64,000 bases of DNA, taken from NCBI GenBank assembly GCA_965140705.1, contig OZ223300.1, positions 448,001-512,000 of the forward strand, given 5' to 3'. Positions 37,277 to 49,886 of the stretch are shown here, one piece after another (the stretch's first letter is position 1; each line of letters opens with the position of its first letter). Made by a program: the position numbers and the translations under genes. This DNA is from an uncultured Arcobacter sp. Lineage in GTDB: Bacteria > Campylobacterota > Campylobacteria > Campylobacterales > Arcobacteraceae. The notes under the pieces were generated by a model, which was given only the letters and a program-made list of their open reading frames with translations, was not told where the DNA came from and searched no databases.

Positions 37277-38869
37277 TTGCAAATCTTAGTTAAAAAACAT
37301 ATAGAAGAAATACTAAAATTAGAAAATTTAGTTTTAGAAAAGCCTAAAGATATATCTTTAGGCCACTTTGCAACGCCTGTTGCATTCTCTTTAGCTAAAG
37401 AATTACGAAAAAATCCAATGCAAATTGCACAAGAATTAGCTGATAAGTTCAAAGACTCAGAAATTTTTGATAGTGTAACAGCAGTAAAAGGATTTGTTAA
37501 TTTTAAACTTTCTAATACATTTTTAGAAAATCTTATTTCAAAACTTTTTGAAGATGAAAACTCATTTGCAAAAGGTGAAAATAAAAATGAAAAAATTCTT
37601 TTAGAATATGTAAGTGCAAATCCTACTGGACCACTTCATATTGGTCATGCAAGAGGTGCAATTTTTGGAGATACACTTGCTCGTGTTGGAAGACACTTGG
37701 GTTATGATGTGCAAACAGAATATTATATCAATGATGCTGGTGCTCAGATGGATATGCTTGGTCTTTCTGTATCATTAGCTGGACGTGAGTTTTTATTAAA
37801 TGAAACAGTTGAGTATCCAGAGTCTTATTATAGAGGTGAATATTTAGTTGATATTGCAAAAGAGATTCAAAAGAATTTTGGCGATGATATTTTTAATGAT
37901 GAGTCAAGATTCAGAGAAATGGCAATGTTTGCTAAAGATGAAGTTCTAAAAATCATAAAAAAAGATTTAAAAGATATTGGAATAGAGTTTGATACTTTTG
38001 TTTCAGAAAACTCTTTATACTCTTCATGGGAAGATACAAAAAATGTTTTAGAAAAAAATGGTTCTTTGTATGAAAAAGATGAAAAAATATATTTAAGATC
38101 AACAGCACATGGTGATGATAGTGATAGAGTTGTTGTAAGAGACAATGGAATCCCTACCTATCTTGCTGGTGATATAATTTATCATAAAAATAAGTATGAT
38201 AGAAACTTTGATAGGTATATAAATATTTGGGGTGCAGATCACCACGGATATATTACAAGAGTAAAAGCTGCAATCGAGTTTTTAGGAAATGATTCATCTA
38301 AATTAGAGATTATTCTTTCTCAAATGGTACAACTTTTAAAAGGTGGAGAACCTTATAAGATGAGTAAGAGAAAAGGTAATTTTATTCTTATGAGTGATAT
38401 TTCTGAAGAGATTGGTGCTGATGCTTTAAGATTTGTATTTTTGACAAGAAAAAGTGATACACATTTGGAGTTTGATTTAGAGACCTTGAAAAACCAAGAT
38501 TCTTCAAATCCAGTATTTTATATAAATTATGCTCATGCTAGAATAAATCAAGTATTTGTAAAAGCAAACTTAACTCCAAAAGATGTAATAAATGAAAAAT
38601 TTGGAAATTTAAACGAAGATAGTATAAACTTAATTTATGAAGCTCTACTTTTACCAACAGTTATAAGTGAAGCTTTTGAAAAAAGAGATATGCAAAAAAT
38701 AACTGATTATTTGTATAATCTTGCATCTTCAGTTCATAAGTTTTACAATGAACATAAGATATTAGAAACAGAAGAACAAAATAGTTATTTAAAAGTATTA
38801 AGTGTAGTTTCTTTATCAATAAGAACAGGCTTAAATCTATTAGGAATCGAGGCTAAGGAGGTGATGTAA
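37277..38869 (+). CDS. argS: Arginine--tRNA ligase
   Basis: SANPTGPLHIGH, WGADHHGY, KMSKR, YINYAHAR. Confidence 0.97.
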   Translation: MQILVKKHIEEILKLENLVLEKPKDISLGHFATPVAFSLAKELRKNPMQIAQELADKFKDSEIFDSVTAVKGFVNFKLSNTFLENLISKLFEDENSFAKGENKNEKILLEYVSANPTGPLHIGHARGAIFGDTLARVGRHLGYDVQTEYYINDAGAQMDMLGLSVSLAGREFLLNETVEYPESYYRGEYLVDIAKEIQKNFGDDIFNDESRFREMAMFAKDEVLKIIKKDLKDIGIEFDTFVSENSLYSSWEDTKNVLEKNGSLYEKDEKIYLRSTAHGDDSDRVVVRDNGIPTYLAGDIIYHKNKYDRNFDRYINIWGADHHGYITRVKAAIEFLGNDSSKLEIILSQMVQLLKGGEPYKMSKRKGNFILMSDISEEIGADALRFVFLTRKSDTHLEFDLETLKNQDSSNPVFYINYAHARINQVFVKANLTPKDVINEKFGNLNEDSINLIYEALLLPTVISEAFEKRDMQKITDYLYNLASSVHKFYNEHKILETEEQNSYLKVLSVVSLSIRTGLNLLGIEAKEVM

Positions 38870-38985
38870 TGAAATGGATCATTATTATTTTCGCCGCGAT
38901 AATAGCAGTCGCAGTAATTACAGGTTATACAGGTGGTGCAAAAGATGCCACTACAAATTATGGAAAAGTTATGAGAGGAGGGTGA
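38869..38985 (+). CDS. Small single-TM protein, 38 aa; not in ORF track
   Basis: AAGGAGGTG RBS inside the argS 3' end; TAATG stop/start overlap; MKWIIIIFAAIIAVAVITGYTGGAKDATTNYGKVMRGG. Confidence 0.7.
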   Translation: MKWIIIIFAAIIAVAVITGYTGGAKDATTNYGKVMRGG

Positions 38986-38986
38986 A

Positions 38987-39313
38987 TTAACCCTCTCTTG
39001 TAATTTCTAATTCGCTTAAAAATTCTTCTAAAGAGTATTTTTCTCTTGTTTTTTCTGTCATTAGGTGTATAAAAGCATCTCCTAAATCAATAACAGTCCA
39101 ATCATCATTGTCATCAACTCTTAAGAACTCTTCACCAGCTGGTTTTAGTTGCTCTTTTAAGTAGTTTAATAAAGCAAATGCATGTTTTGCATTTAATGTT
39201 GTAGCAATAACAACAAAATCTACAATATAATCTTTATCTTTAAGATTTATAAGTTCAACATTTACTGCTTTCTTATCTTCTAAAATCTTTACAATTGTTT
39301 CTTCTCTAGTCAA
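38987..39313 (-). CDS. rsfS: Ribosome silencing factor
   Basis: LEDKKA, DFVVIAT, WTVIDLGD..IHLM...R..Y.LE; TTG 39313 with AAGG RBS. Confidence 0.92.
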   Translation of the reverse strand: MTREETIVKILEDKKAVNVELINLKDKDYIVDFVVIATTLNAKHAFALLNYLKEQLKPAGEEFLRVDDNDDWTVIDLGDAFIHLMTEKTREKYSLEEFLSELEITREG

Positions 39314-39326
39314 TATGTGTACCTTT

Positions 39327-39863
39327 TTAGTGCCAAAAATTTTTGACATCATCTTTTATTTTATTTGGAACAAACTCTAAGTCCAAATTATTTCTTAATT
39401 CAGTAGAACTTATATCAATATCTACATCTAAAGTCAATATATTATCATAAATATCATTACAAAACCCATTTCTTGTAACAACAACCAATTCTACTTCAGC
39501 TAAAATTTCATCAACCTTATGCCAAGTATTTAATTTTTCGTAGTTATCTGCACCAATAATAAAATATGTTTTATCTGGTTTGTAATACTCTTTTAAATAT
39601 TGGATGGTTTCTATAGAGTACACAGGTCTACTTTTATTTATTTCATAATCACTAACTATAACTTTTTCACAATCTTTAAAGTTTTTACTCAATAAATAAA
39701 GTCTTTCATTTGGACTTAAATGTGAAGTTATTTTTTGTGGATTTAAAAAAGTAGGAACTAAAATAATTAAATCTAAGTCAAGTTTTTTTAGGGCTTCTAT
39801 TACGATAGTCTCATGGGCGATATGTACCGGATCAAAACTACCACCAAAAATTGCAATTTGCAC
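39327..39863 (-). CDS. nadD: Nicotinate-nucleotide adenylyltransferase
   Basis: FGGSFDPVH.AH, IIGAD, W, ISSTELR. Confidence 0.93.
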   Translation of the reverse strand: MQIAIFGGSFDPVHIAHETIVIEALKKLDLDLIILVPTFLNPQKITSHLSPNERLYLLSKNFKDCEKVIVSDYEINKSRPVYSIETIQYLKEYYKPDKTYFIIGADNYEKLNTWHKVDEILAEVELVVVTRNGFCNDIYDNILTLDVDIDISSTELRNNLDLEFVPNKIKDDVKNFWH

Positions 39864-39952
39864 TTAATATAATCCTTTGTATTATACTTAAATTATATTA
39901 TAGCAACTTTTAGATAAAATGCCTAAAATATTATAAATATAAGAGGGACGAA

Positions 39953-40951
39953 ATGGCTATAAAAGTTGCTATAAATGGTTTTGGAAGAATTGGTAGATGT
40001 GTTGCTAGAATTATTGAACAAAGAGATGACGTAGAATTAGTTGCGATTAATGATACAGCTTCTACTGAGATGCTAGAGTATATCACGAAATATGATACTG
40101 TTCATGGAACTTTTAATGGAGAGGTTAAAGTTGTAAATGGATTTTTAAAGATGGGAAAAATCAATGCAAAACTTTATTCAACAAGAGATGCTAAAGAATT
40201 AACTTTTACTAAAGAGTGTGGAGCAGATGTAGTTTTAGAATGTACAGGTGCATATTTAACACAAGAGTCTTGTCAAGTACATATTGATAATGGTGCAAAA
40301 AAAGTAGTTATGTCTGCACCTGCAAAAGATGATACTCCAACTTTTGTATTAGGTGTAAATGAAAAAGAGTATAAAGGACAATTAATCATTTCAAATGCCT
40401 CTTGTACAACAAACTGTTTAGGACCAATTGCAAAAATGATTGATGATGCCTATGGGATTGAAAAAGGCTTAATGACTACAATTCACTCATATACAAATGA
40501 CCAAAATATCTTAGATGTAAAACATAAAAAAGATAAAAGAAGAGCAAGAGCAGGTGCTCAAAATATGATACCTACTACAACAGGTGCAGCTAAAGCTATG
40601 AAATTAATCATGCCTCAACTTGATGGTAAATTACATGGTCAAAGTGTAAGAGTTCCGACACCAAATGTTTCTATGGTAGATGTAAACTTTGTAGTTAAAA
40701 AAGATACATCAAAAGAAGAACTAAACTCTTTATTTGAATCAAAAGCAAAAGAATTTGCAGGAATAATTGCTGTTGATAATGAGATGATGGTTTCAAGTGA
40801 TTTAGTAGGAAATACAAACTCTACAATTATAGCTTCAGATTTAACACAAGTAATTGGTGGAAACATGATAAAAGTTATGAGTTGGTATGATAATGAATGG
40901 GGATACTCTTCAAGACTAATAGATATGGCTGTTTACGTAGCAAAAAACTAA
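39953..40951 (+). CDS. gap: Glyceraldehyde-3-phosphate dehydrogenase
   Basis: INGFGRIGR, ASCTTNCL, WYDNEWGYS. Confidence 0.97.
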   Translation: MAIKVAINGFGRIGRCVARIIEQRDDVELVAINDTASTEMLEYITKYDTVHGTFNGEVKVVNGFLKMGKINAKLYSTRDAKELTFTKECGADVVLECTGAYLTQESCQVHIDNGAKKVVMSAPAKDDTPTFVLGVNEKEYKGQLIISNASCTTNCLGPIAKMIDDAYGIEKGLMTTIHSYTNDQNILDVKHKKDKRRARAGAQNMIPTTTGAAKAMKLIMPQLDGKLHGQSVRVPTPNVSMVDVNFVVKKDTSKEELNSLFESKAKEFAGIIAVDNEMMVSSDLVGNTNSTIIASDLTQVIGGNMIKVMSWYDNEWGYSSRLIDMAVYVAKN

Positions 40952-40959
40952 GGATATAA

Positions 40960-42156
40960 ATGAAATTACAAGAGCTTAAGAATATTGACATATCTGGTAA
41001 GAAAATATTTATTAGATGTGATTTTAACGTTCCAATGGATGAAGATAATAACATAACTGATGATAGAAGAATAAGAAGTGCACTTAGTACAATAAGATAT
41101 TGTATTGACCATGATTGTTCAGTTATTTTAGCTTCTCACTTTGGAAGACCAAAAGAGCCTTTTGATGAAAAATATTCTTTAAAACCTATTGCAAAAAGAT
41201 TACATACTCTTTTAAAACAAGAGATTAAAATGGCTAAAAATATTGTTCAAGATGATACTTTAGAGATTGCAAAGAACTTAGAAGTGGGGGATATTTTACT
41301 TTTAGAAAATCTTAGATTTCATGAAGGTGAAACAAAAAATGATGAAGAGTTTGCAAAAAAACTTGCATCAATGGCAGATGTTTATATAAATGATGCTTTT
41401 GGTGTATCTCATAGAGCTCATGCTTCTGTTGAAGGTATTACAAATTATTTTGATATGCAACATAAAGCAGCTGGATTTTTACTAGCAAAAGAGATTAAAT
41501 TTTTCCATCATATTGTACATAACCCAAAAAGACCTTTTGTATCAATAGTAGGTGGATCAAAAGTTTCTGGAAAACTTGAAGCCTTACACAATCTTGTACC
41601 AAAAGTTGATAAAATATTAATTGGTGGAGGAATGGCTTTTACTTTCCTAAAAGCTTTAGGATTAGAAGTTGGAAAATCTTTAGTAGAAGAGCATTTGATT
41701 CCTGAAGCAATTAAGATTATGGATGAAGCTAAAAATCTTGGTGTAAAGCTATATTTACCTGTTGATGTAGTTGCTGCTGAAGCTTTTGATGCAGAAGCGA
41801 TTGCAAAACTTGTAACTGTTCAAGAGATACCAAAAAATTGGTTTGGATTAGATATTGGACCTGCAACTGCACAACTTTTTAAATTGGCGCTAAATGATGC
41901 AAATACAATCCTTTGGAACGGACCAATGGGTGTTTATGAAATGGATAAATTTGCAAAAGGAAGTACAAGAGTTTCCCATGCAGTTGCTCAATCATTTGCG
42001 ACAACTGTTGTTGGTGGTGGAGATACTGCTGATTTAGTAAGAATAACTGGTGATGAAGATGAAATGACTTTCATCTCAACTGGTGGTGGAGCTTCTTTAG
42101 AATTGATTGAAGGGAAAATCCTTCCAGGTGTAAAAGCCTTACTATTAGAGGATTAA
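40960..42156 (+). CDS. pgk: Phosphoglycerate kinase
   Basis: DFNVP, SHFGRP, LENLRF, NDAFG..HRAH, WNGPMG, STGGGA. Confidence 0.97.
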   Translation: MKLQELKNIDISGKKIFIRCDFNVPMDEDNNITDDRRIRSALSTIRYCIDHDCSVILASHFGRPKEPFDEKYSLKPIAKRLHTLLKQEIKMAKNIVQDDTLEIAKNLEVGDILLLENLRFHEGETKNDEEFAKKLASMADVYINDAFGVSHRAHASVEGITNYFDMQHKAAGFLLAKEIKFFHHIVHNPKRPFVSIVGGSKVSGKLEALHNLVPKVDKILIGGGMAFTFLKALGLEVGKSLVEEHLIPEAIKIMDEAKNLGVKLYLPVDVVAAEAFDAEAIAKLVTVQEIPKNWFGLDIGPATAQLFKLALNDANTILWNGPMGVYEMDKFAKGSTRVSHAVAQSFATTVVGGGDTADLVRITGDEDEMTFISTGGGASLELIEGKILPGVKALLLED

Positions 42157-42157
42157 T

Positions 42158-43827
<1,670 letters not shown>

Positions 43828-43896
43828 TGGACTTGAAAGTTTTAGATTTAAATTTTTGGAATTTAGATTTAAGATTTTAGAAAACATAGGAATGAA

Positions 43897-45105
43897 ATGA
43901 ATATTAATTTTAAAGAATTAGCAAACAAATATAAAACACCTTATTATGTGTATGATTTTGATTATATTACAAGTCAATATAATGAATTAAAAGATGCTTT
44001 TAAAGCTAGAAAATCATTAGTTGCATATGCTGTTAAAGCAAACTCGAATTTATCTGTTATTAAACACCTTGCCAATCTTGGTGCTGGTGCTGATTGTGTA
44101 TCTATTGGTGAAGTAAGACGTGCTTTAAAAGTAGGGATTGCTCCTTATAAAATCATTTTCTCAGGGGTTGGGAAAATTGATGATGAGATAAGAGAAGCTC
44201 TTAATTTAGATATTTTAATGATAAATGTTGAAAGTGATGCTGAATTAAATAGAGTAGAGATGATTGCAAAAGAGTTAGGTAAAATTGCTCGTATCTCTAT
44301 TAGAGTTAATCCAAATATTGACCCTCAAACACATCCATATATTTCAACTGGATTACATGAGAATAAATTTGGAGTTGATATTGATACTGCAAAAAGAATG
44401 TATATCCAATGTAAAAACTCGGATAATCTAGATCCTGTTGGAATTCATTTGCATATTGGTTCTCAATTAACCCAATTAGACCCTATAAAAGAGTCTGTAA
44501 AAATTGTAGCTGATTTAGTTAGAAATTTAAAAGCTATAAAAATAGAGTTATCTTTTATGGATATTGGTGGAGGACTTGGTATTGTTTATGATAATGAAAA
44601 ACTTATTGATACAAATGAGTATGCACAATCAGTATTAGAGACTATGTTTGGACTTGATATAACAATTGTATGTGAACCAGGTAGATTTATGGTTGGAAAT
44701 GCTGGAATTTTTATTACAAAAGTTTTATATGAAAAAGTAAATGGTGATAAAAGATTTGTGATAGTTGATGGGGCTATGAATGACTTAATTAGACCAGCTT
44801 TATACAACGCTCAACACAAAATTGAAGTTATTGATAAAAGTTCAGATATATCTGATTGTAATTTAGTTGGACCTATTTGTGAAAGTGGAGACTTTTTTGC
44901 AAAAAATATTGAATTACCAAAAACTGAGCATAATGATTTAGTGGCTATTTATTCTGCAGGGGCCTATTGCTTCACGATGGCATCTAACTACAATACAAGA
45001 GGTAGAGTTGCTGAAATTGCTATAGAGAATGGTCAAGATAGACTTATAAGAAAAAGAGAAACTTTTGAAGATATAATTGCACTTGAAGAGGAATTTATAA
45101 AATAA
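43897..45105 (+). CDS. lysA: Diaminopimelate decarboxylase
   Basis: YAVKAN, HIGSQ, EPGR, GPICESGD, GAY...MASNYN. Confidence 0.96.
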   Translation: MNINFKELANKYKTPYYVYDFDYITSQYNELKDAFKARKSLVAYAVKANSNLSVIKHLANLGAGADCVSIGEVRRALKVGIAPYKIIFSGVGKIDDEIREALNLDILMINVESDAELNRVEMIAKELGKIARISIRVNPNIDPQTHPYISTGLHENKFGVDIDTAKRMYIQCKNSDNLDPVGIHLHIGSQLTQLDPIKESVKIVADLVRNLKAIKIELSFMDIGGGLGIVYDNEKLIDTNEYAQSVLETMFGLDITIVCEPGRFMVGNAGIFITKVLYEKVNGDKRFVIVDGAMNDLIRPALYNAQHKIEVIDKSSDISDCNLVGPICESGDFFAKNIELPKTEHNDLVAIYSAGAYCFTMASNYNTRGRVAEIAIENGQDRLIRKRETFEDIIALEEEFIK

Positions 45106-45885
45106 ATGAATAAAGCTTATTTCATTGATGTACAAGGTACATTAATTGATGATATTAATAAAGATCCAATAAATGGTGCAATAGAATTTATTGACACTTT
45201 AAATGAAAAAAATATACCTTATGTTGTAATTACAAACAACACTAAATTTAAAAGCGAAGATTTTAAAAAGTTTTTAAATGACAAAGGATTTAATATAAAA
45301 AATTATATTGATCCTTTTTATATCTTAAACACTGTAACAAAAGAGAAAAGAGTTGCAGCATTTGGGGCAGATGAATTTTTAAAAACTATGATTGATTTGG
45401 GTTATGTTTTAGATTATGAAAATCCAAAAGAGTTAATAGTCTCTATTAAAAAAGATTATACAAATGAAGATTATGCTTCTATGATAGAAATTGCTCTAAA
45501 AGTAAATAGCATAATTGGTATGCATGATACTTCTGTATACTCAAAAGATGGAAGAAGATATCCAGGTGTTGGGGCAATTATGAAGATGATAAAATTTGCA
45601 ACTAATAAAGACTATAAGGTAGTTGGAAAACCATCTATTGGATTTTTTAAAAGTGCCAAAGATATTATTAATGTAGATTTTAAAGATATAATGATAATCT
45701 CTGATGATATGATAGGTGATTTAATAGGAGCTCAAAACTTAGGCATGAGCTCTTGTTTGGTATTAAGTGGAAAAATAAAAAGTAAAGAAGAGATACTATC
45801 TACTTTAGAAGAAAATGATAAACCTAATTTTATTTGTAAAGATATGGGTGAAGTTTTGAATCTTTTAAATAAAGGTGAAATATGA
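45106..45885 (+). CDS. HAD-IIA (NagD-like) hydrolase
   Basis: FIDVQGTL, ITNNT, GKPS, SDD..GDL.GA. Confidence 0.85.
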   Translation: MNKAYFIDVQGTLIDDINKDPINGAIEFIDTLNEKNIPYVVITNNTKFKSEDFKKFLNDKGFNIKNYIDPFYILNTVTKEKRVAAFGADEFLKTMIDLGYVLDYENPKELIVSIKKDYTNEDYASMIEIALKVNSIIGMHDTSVYSKDGRRYPGVGAIMKMIKFATNKDYKVVGKPSIGFFKSAKDIINVDFKDIMIISDDMIGDLIGAQNLGMSSCLVLSGKIKSKEEILSTLEENDKPNFICKDMGEVLNLLNKGEI

Positions 45886-46949
45886 GTGAAGCTGGATTAT
45901 TAGAGTTAAGAAAAAAGCTAGATGCAATTGATGACGAACTTTTAGAACTTATTAATAAAAGAATGGATTTAGTCCATCAAGTAGGACTTTTAAAAGCAAA
46001 AAGTGGTGGGGCAATTTATCGACCTGAGAGAGAAAAAGCTATTATTGATAGACTTGATACTCTAAATAAAGGTAAATTAAATAGAGCTGCAATTGAAGCC
46101 TTCTTTTTAGAAATATTTGCAATAAGTAGAAACTTTGAATTACCAGAAAATATTGCATATTTAGGACCTGAAGGAAGTTTTACCCATCAAGCTGCGGAAG
46201 CTAGATTTGGGGCTATGAGTTCATATATTTCGATTGGTTCTATAAAAGGTGTATTTAGAGAAGTTAACACAAAAAAAGCAAGATTTGGAGTTATTCCTAT
46301 TGAAAATTCATCAAATGGAATAGTCTCAGATACAATAAATTGTCTAAGCACTTATGATTTAAAAATTATCGCAGAAGTTGTTCTAAATATACATCATACT
46401 CTTGCAACTACTTGTGATAAAGTAAAAGATATTAAAAAGATATATTCAAAAGATATTGCCTTTGAACAATGTAGAAGATTTTTAGAAAATTTTGGACTTG
46501 ATGAGGTGGAACATATTCCAGTAGAGTCAACAACAAAGGCTGCAAAATTAGCTTTAGCTGAACCAAATAGTGCTGCTATTTGCTCTCATGTTGGTGCAAA
46601 GATGTATAATCTTCCAATACTGTTTGAAAATATTGAAGATAAAGACAATAATAAAACTAGATTTTTTATTATAAGTGATTTTGAAAATGCTCAAAGTGGA
46701 AATGATAAAACTTCTATTTTAGTAAAACTACCAAATTTACAAGGTGTTTTGGTAGAGTTTTTAACTGATTTTGATAAGGCTAAAATCAATTTAACTAAGA
46801 TAAAATCACATATTGTTGAGGGTGACTCTATTTTCTTTATTGATTTTAACGGTCATAAAGATGATGAAAATGTAAAAAAAATATTAGAAAAACACAAAGA
46901 ATCTATTAAATTCTTAGGTTCTTATGTTAAAGAGATAGATGATATTTAA
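45882..46949 (+). CDS. pheA: Chorismate mutase/prephenate dehydratase
   Basis: LRKKLDAID, RPERE, YLGPEGSFTH, PIENS, NKTRF. Confidence 0.95.
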   Translation: MSEAGLLELRKKLDAIDDELLELINKRMDLVHQVGLLKAKSGGAIYRPEREKAIIDRLDTLNKGKLNRAAIEAFFLEIFAISRNFELPENIAYLGPEGSFTHQAAEARFGAMSSYISIGSIKGVFREVNTKKARFGVIPIENSSNGIVSDTINCLSTYDLKIIAEVVLNIHHTLATTCDKVKDIKKIYSKDIAFEQCRRFLENFGLDEVEHIPVESTTKAAKLALAEPNSAAICSHVGAKMYNLPILFENIEDKDNNKTRFFIISDFENAQSGNDKTSILVKLPNLQGVLVEFLTDFDKAKINLTKIKSHIVEGDSIFFIDFNGHKDDENVKKILEKHKESIKFLGSYVKEIDDI

Positions 46950-46963
46950 TTTTAGGAAAATAA

Positions 46964-48070
46964 ATGAAATTTAATGATGTTTTAGAAAATGTTACAACTT
47001 ATGAAGCAGGAAAACCAATTGAATTAGTTGTAAGAGAATATGGTGTAGATCCAAAAGATGTTATAAAATTGGCTTCAAATGAGAATCCATATGGAACAAG
47101 TCCAAAAGTAACTGCTAAAATCCAAGAGTTAGCAAAAAATATGTTTGTTTACCCAGATGATTCTATGTATGAGTTAAAAGAGGCTTTAGGTAAAAAGTTT
47201 GATGTAGACTCATCTAATGTAATTATTGGTTCTGGAAGTGACCAAATTATAGAGTTTTGTGTACATGCAAAATGTGAAAAAGGCTCTAAAATGCTCATGG
47301 CAAAAACAACCTTTGCTATGTATGAGATTTATGGTAAACAAACAGGTTCACAAATAATAAAAACAGAATCACATACCCATGATTTAGCACAATTTTTAGC
47401 TTTATACAAAGAACATGGTGCTGATGTTATATTCTTATGTCTACCAAACAATCCTTTAGGAGAAGCTGTAGATACTAAAGATGTATATGAGTTTTTAGAA
47501 CAAATTGATAGTCAAACTTTAGTAGTAGTTGATGGAGCTTATCAAGAGTATGCTGCATATAAAGATGAAAATAAAAAAATAGTACCAAAAGATTTAATTA
47601 CTAAGTTTCCAAATACTATTTACCTTGGAACATTTTCAAAAGCTTATGCCTTAGGTGGTATGAGAGTTGGATATGGTATCGCAGGAGCTGATATTATAAA
47701 AACTCTTTATAAATTAAGAGCACCTTTTAATATTACAACTTTAACTCTAGCAGCTGCTATTGAAGCACTAAAAGATGAAGAGTTTGTAACTGCTTGTATT
47801 GTTAAAAACTTTGAAGAGATGAAAAGATATGAAGAGTATGCTAAAGCAAGAGGTTTTGATTATATTCCTTCTTATACAAACTTTATAACTATCAAGATGG
47901 GTGATAAGTTTGTATCTAAAGAAGTTGCACAAAAACTTTTAGAAGTGGGTATTATAGTTAGAGATTTAACTGGATATGGACAAAATGCAATAAGAATTAC
48001 AATTGGTACAAATGAACAAAATACAAAAGTATTTTCTATGTTGGATGAAGTGTTAGAAAAATTAAAATAG
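46964..48070 (+). CDS. hisC: Histidinol-phosphate aminotransferase
   Basis: [34 protein letters not shown]. Confidence 0.94.
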   Translation: MKFNDVLENVTTYEAGKPIELVVREYGVDPKDVIKLASNENPYGTSPKVTAKIQELAKNMFVYPDDSMYELKEALGKKFDVDSSNVIIGSGSDQIIEFCVHAKCEKGSKMLMAKTTFAMYEIYGKQTGSQIIKTESHTHDLAQFLALYKEHGADVIFLCLPNNPLGEAVDTKDVYEFLEQIDSQTLVVVDGAYQEYAAYKDENKKIVPKDLITKFPNTIYLGTFSKAYALGGMRVGYGIAGADIIKTLYKLRAPFNITTLTLAAAIEALKDEEFVTACIVKNFEEMKRYEEYAKARGFDYIPSYTNFITIKMGDKFVSKEVAQKLLEVGIIVRDLTGYGQNAIRITIGTNEQNTKVFSMLDEVLEKLK

Positions 48071-48083
48071 ATTAAGAAGAGAT

Positions 48084-49886
48084 ATGAAAATAAAAAACAA
48101 ATCGCCAAAAGAATTAGAAGAAATAAGTCAAAAAATTAGAGATAGAATAATAGATGTTGTATCTAGAAAAGGTGGACATTTTTCTTCAACTCTTGGTGCA
48201 GTTGAATTGACTGTTGGTATGCATTATGTTTTTGATTCAAGTAAAGACCCCTTTATTTTTGATGTATCTCATCAATGTTATCCCCATAAACTTATAACTG
48301 GTAGATGGGAAGAGTTTGAAACTATTAGACAATTTAATGGTCTTAGTGGTTTTACAAAACCAAAAGAGAGTGATGCTGATTATTTTGTAGCAGGGCATAG
48401 TTCTACTTCTCTTTCTCTAGCAGTAGGGGCAGCTAAAGCTATCAAACTAAAAAAAGAAGATAGAGTACCAGTTGTTATGATTGGTGATGGTTCTATGACT
48501 GCTGGAATGGTTTATGAAGCACTAAATGAAATTGGTGATTTAAAACTTCCTATGGTAATTATCTTAAATGATAATGAGATGTCAATAGCAAAACCAATAG
48601 GGGCGATTTCAAAATATCTTTCTAAGTTATTAGCTGGAAAATATTATCAAGGTTTTAAAACAAAAGTTGATAAATTTATAAAAAATAATATGCCAGAAGG
48701 TACAACATATATAGCTAAAAGAATGGAAGAGGCTATGAAGTTAATCACTCCTGGAATTTTATTTGAAGAGATGGGTATTGATTATATTGGACCTATTGAT
48801 GGACATGATATCAAAGAAGTACTTGAGACTTTAGAAATAGCAAAAGCCATGAAAAAACCAGTTATTGTTCATGCTCATACAGTAAAAGGAAAAGGTTATA
48901 AGATAGCAGAAGGTCAACATGAGTGTTGGCATGGAGTAGGACCTTTTAATGTGGAAGATGGGGCATTTGTAAAAAAAGAAGCACCGAAATCAGCAACTGC
49001 TGTTTTTGCTGATGCTTTATTAGACCTAGCTTCAAAACATGAAAATGTAGTTGGAGTAACAGCTGCAATGCCAAGTGGTACAGGTATAGATAAACTTATG
49101 AAAGAGTTTCCTGAAAGATTTTGGGATGTTGCAATTGCAGAACAACATGCTATTACTTCAATGGCTGCTATGGCAAAAGAAGGATTTAAACCTTTTATTA
49201 CTATCTATTCTACTTTCTTACAAAGGGGATTTGATCAAATTATTCATGATGTTTCTTTGATGAATATGCCAGTTGTATTTGCGATAGATAGAGCAGGAAT
49301 AGTTGGAAATGATGGAGAGACACATCAAGGTGCTTTTGATATTTCCTTTTTAAGATTTATTCCAAATATGATTTTATTTGCCCCAAGATGTAATGAAACA
49401 CTAAAATTAGGTCTTGAATTTGCTTATACTTTAAAAAGCCCAAGTGCTATTAGATATCCAAGAGGTGCATTTAAAGAAGTATGTGCACCAGCTTCACCTT
49501 TTGAATTAGGAAAAGCAGAACTTCTAAAAGAGGGGACTTCAAATAAACTTTTCATAGCTTATGGAGCAGGAGTTGGAAGAGCTTGTGAGACAGAAAAACT
49601 TCATAGTGAAGATATTGCAATCTTAGATTTAAGATTTGTAAAACCACTAGATAAAGATACTTTAAAAGAGTTAGCTAAAAAATATGATGACTGGTATGTT
49701 TTCTCAGACTCACAAAAACAAGGTGGAGTGGGAAGTGCTATTTTAGAATTTTTAAATGAAGAGAAAGTTTGTGTAAACTTGACAAGCTTCGAATATGACG
49801 ATGATTTTATACCACACGGGGATACGAAAGTGGTGGAAGAGTCGTTAGGCTTGCTACCTGCTCAACTAGCTGATAGAGTAAAATAA
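48084..49886 (+). CDS. dxs: 1-deoxy-D-xylulose-5-phosphate synthase
   Basis: GGHFSSTLG, GHSSTS, GDGSMTAG...NDN, IAEQHA, DRAG..G.DG.THQG, IRYPRG. Confidence 0.97.
   Translation: MKIKNKSPKELEEISQKIRDRIIDVVSRKGGHFSSTLGAVELTVGMHYVFDSSKDPFIFDVSHQCYPHKLITGRWEEFETIRQFNGLSGFTKPKESDADYFVAGHSSTSLSLAVGAAKAIKLKKEDRVPVVMIGDGSMTAGMVYEALNEIGDLKLPMVIILNDNEMSIAKPIGAISKYLSKLLAGKYYQGFKTKVDKFIKNNMPEGTTYIAKRMEEAMKLITPGILFEEMGIDYIGPIDGHDIKEVLETLEIAKAMKKPVIVHAHTVKGKGYKIAEGQHECWHGVGPFNVEDGAFVKKEAPKSATAVFADALLDLASKHENVVGVTAAMPSGTGIDKLMKEFPERFWDVAIAEQHAITSMAAMAKEGFKPFITIYSTFLQRGFDQIIHDVSLMNMPVVFAIDRAGIVGNDGETHQGAFDISFLRFIPNMILFAPRCNETLKLGLEFAYTLKSPSAIRYPRGAFKEVCAPASPFELGKAELLKEGTSNKLFIAYGAGVGRACETEKLHSEDIAILDLRFVKPLDKDTLKELAKKYDDWYVFSDSQKQGGVGSAILEFLNEEKVCVNLTSFEYDDDFIPHGDTKVVEESLGLLPAQLADRVK

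Noticed and set aside
33954..39352. Track starts for purQ (33954), plsC (35862) and rsfS (39352)
   Set aside because: They overlap upstream genes; downstream starts (33990, 35880, 39313) fit family N-termini better
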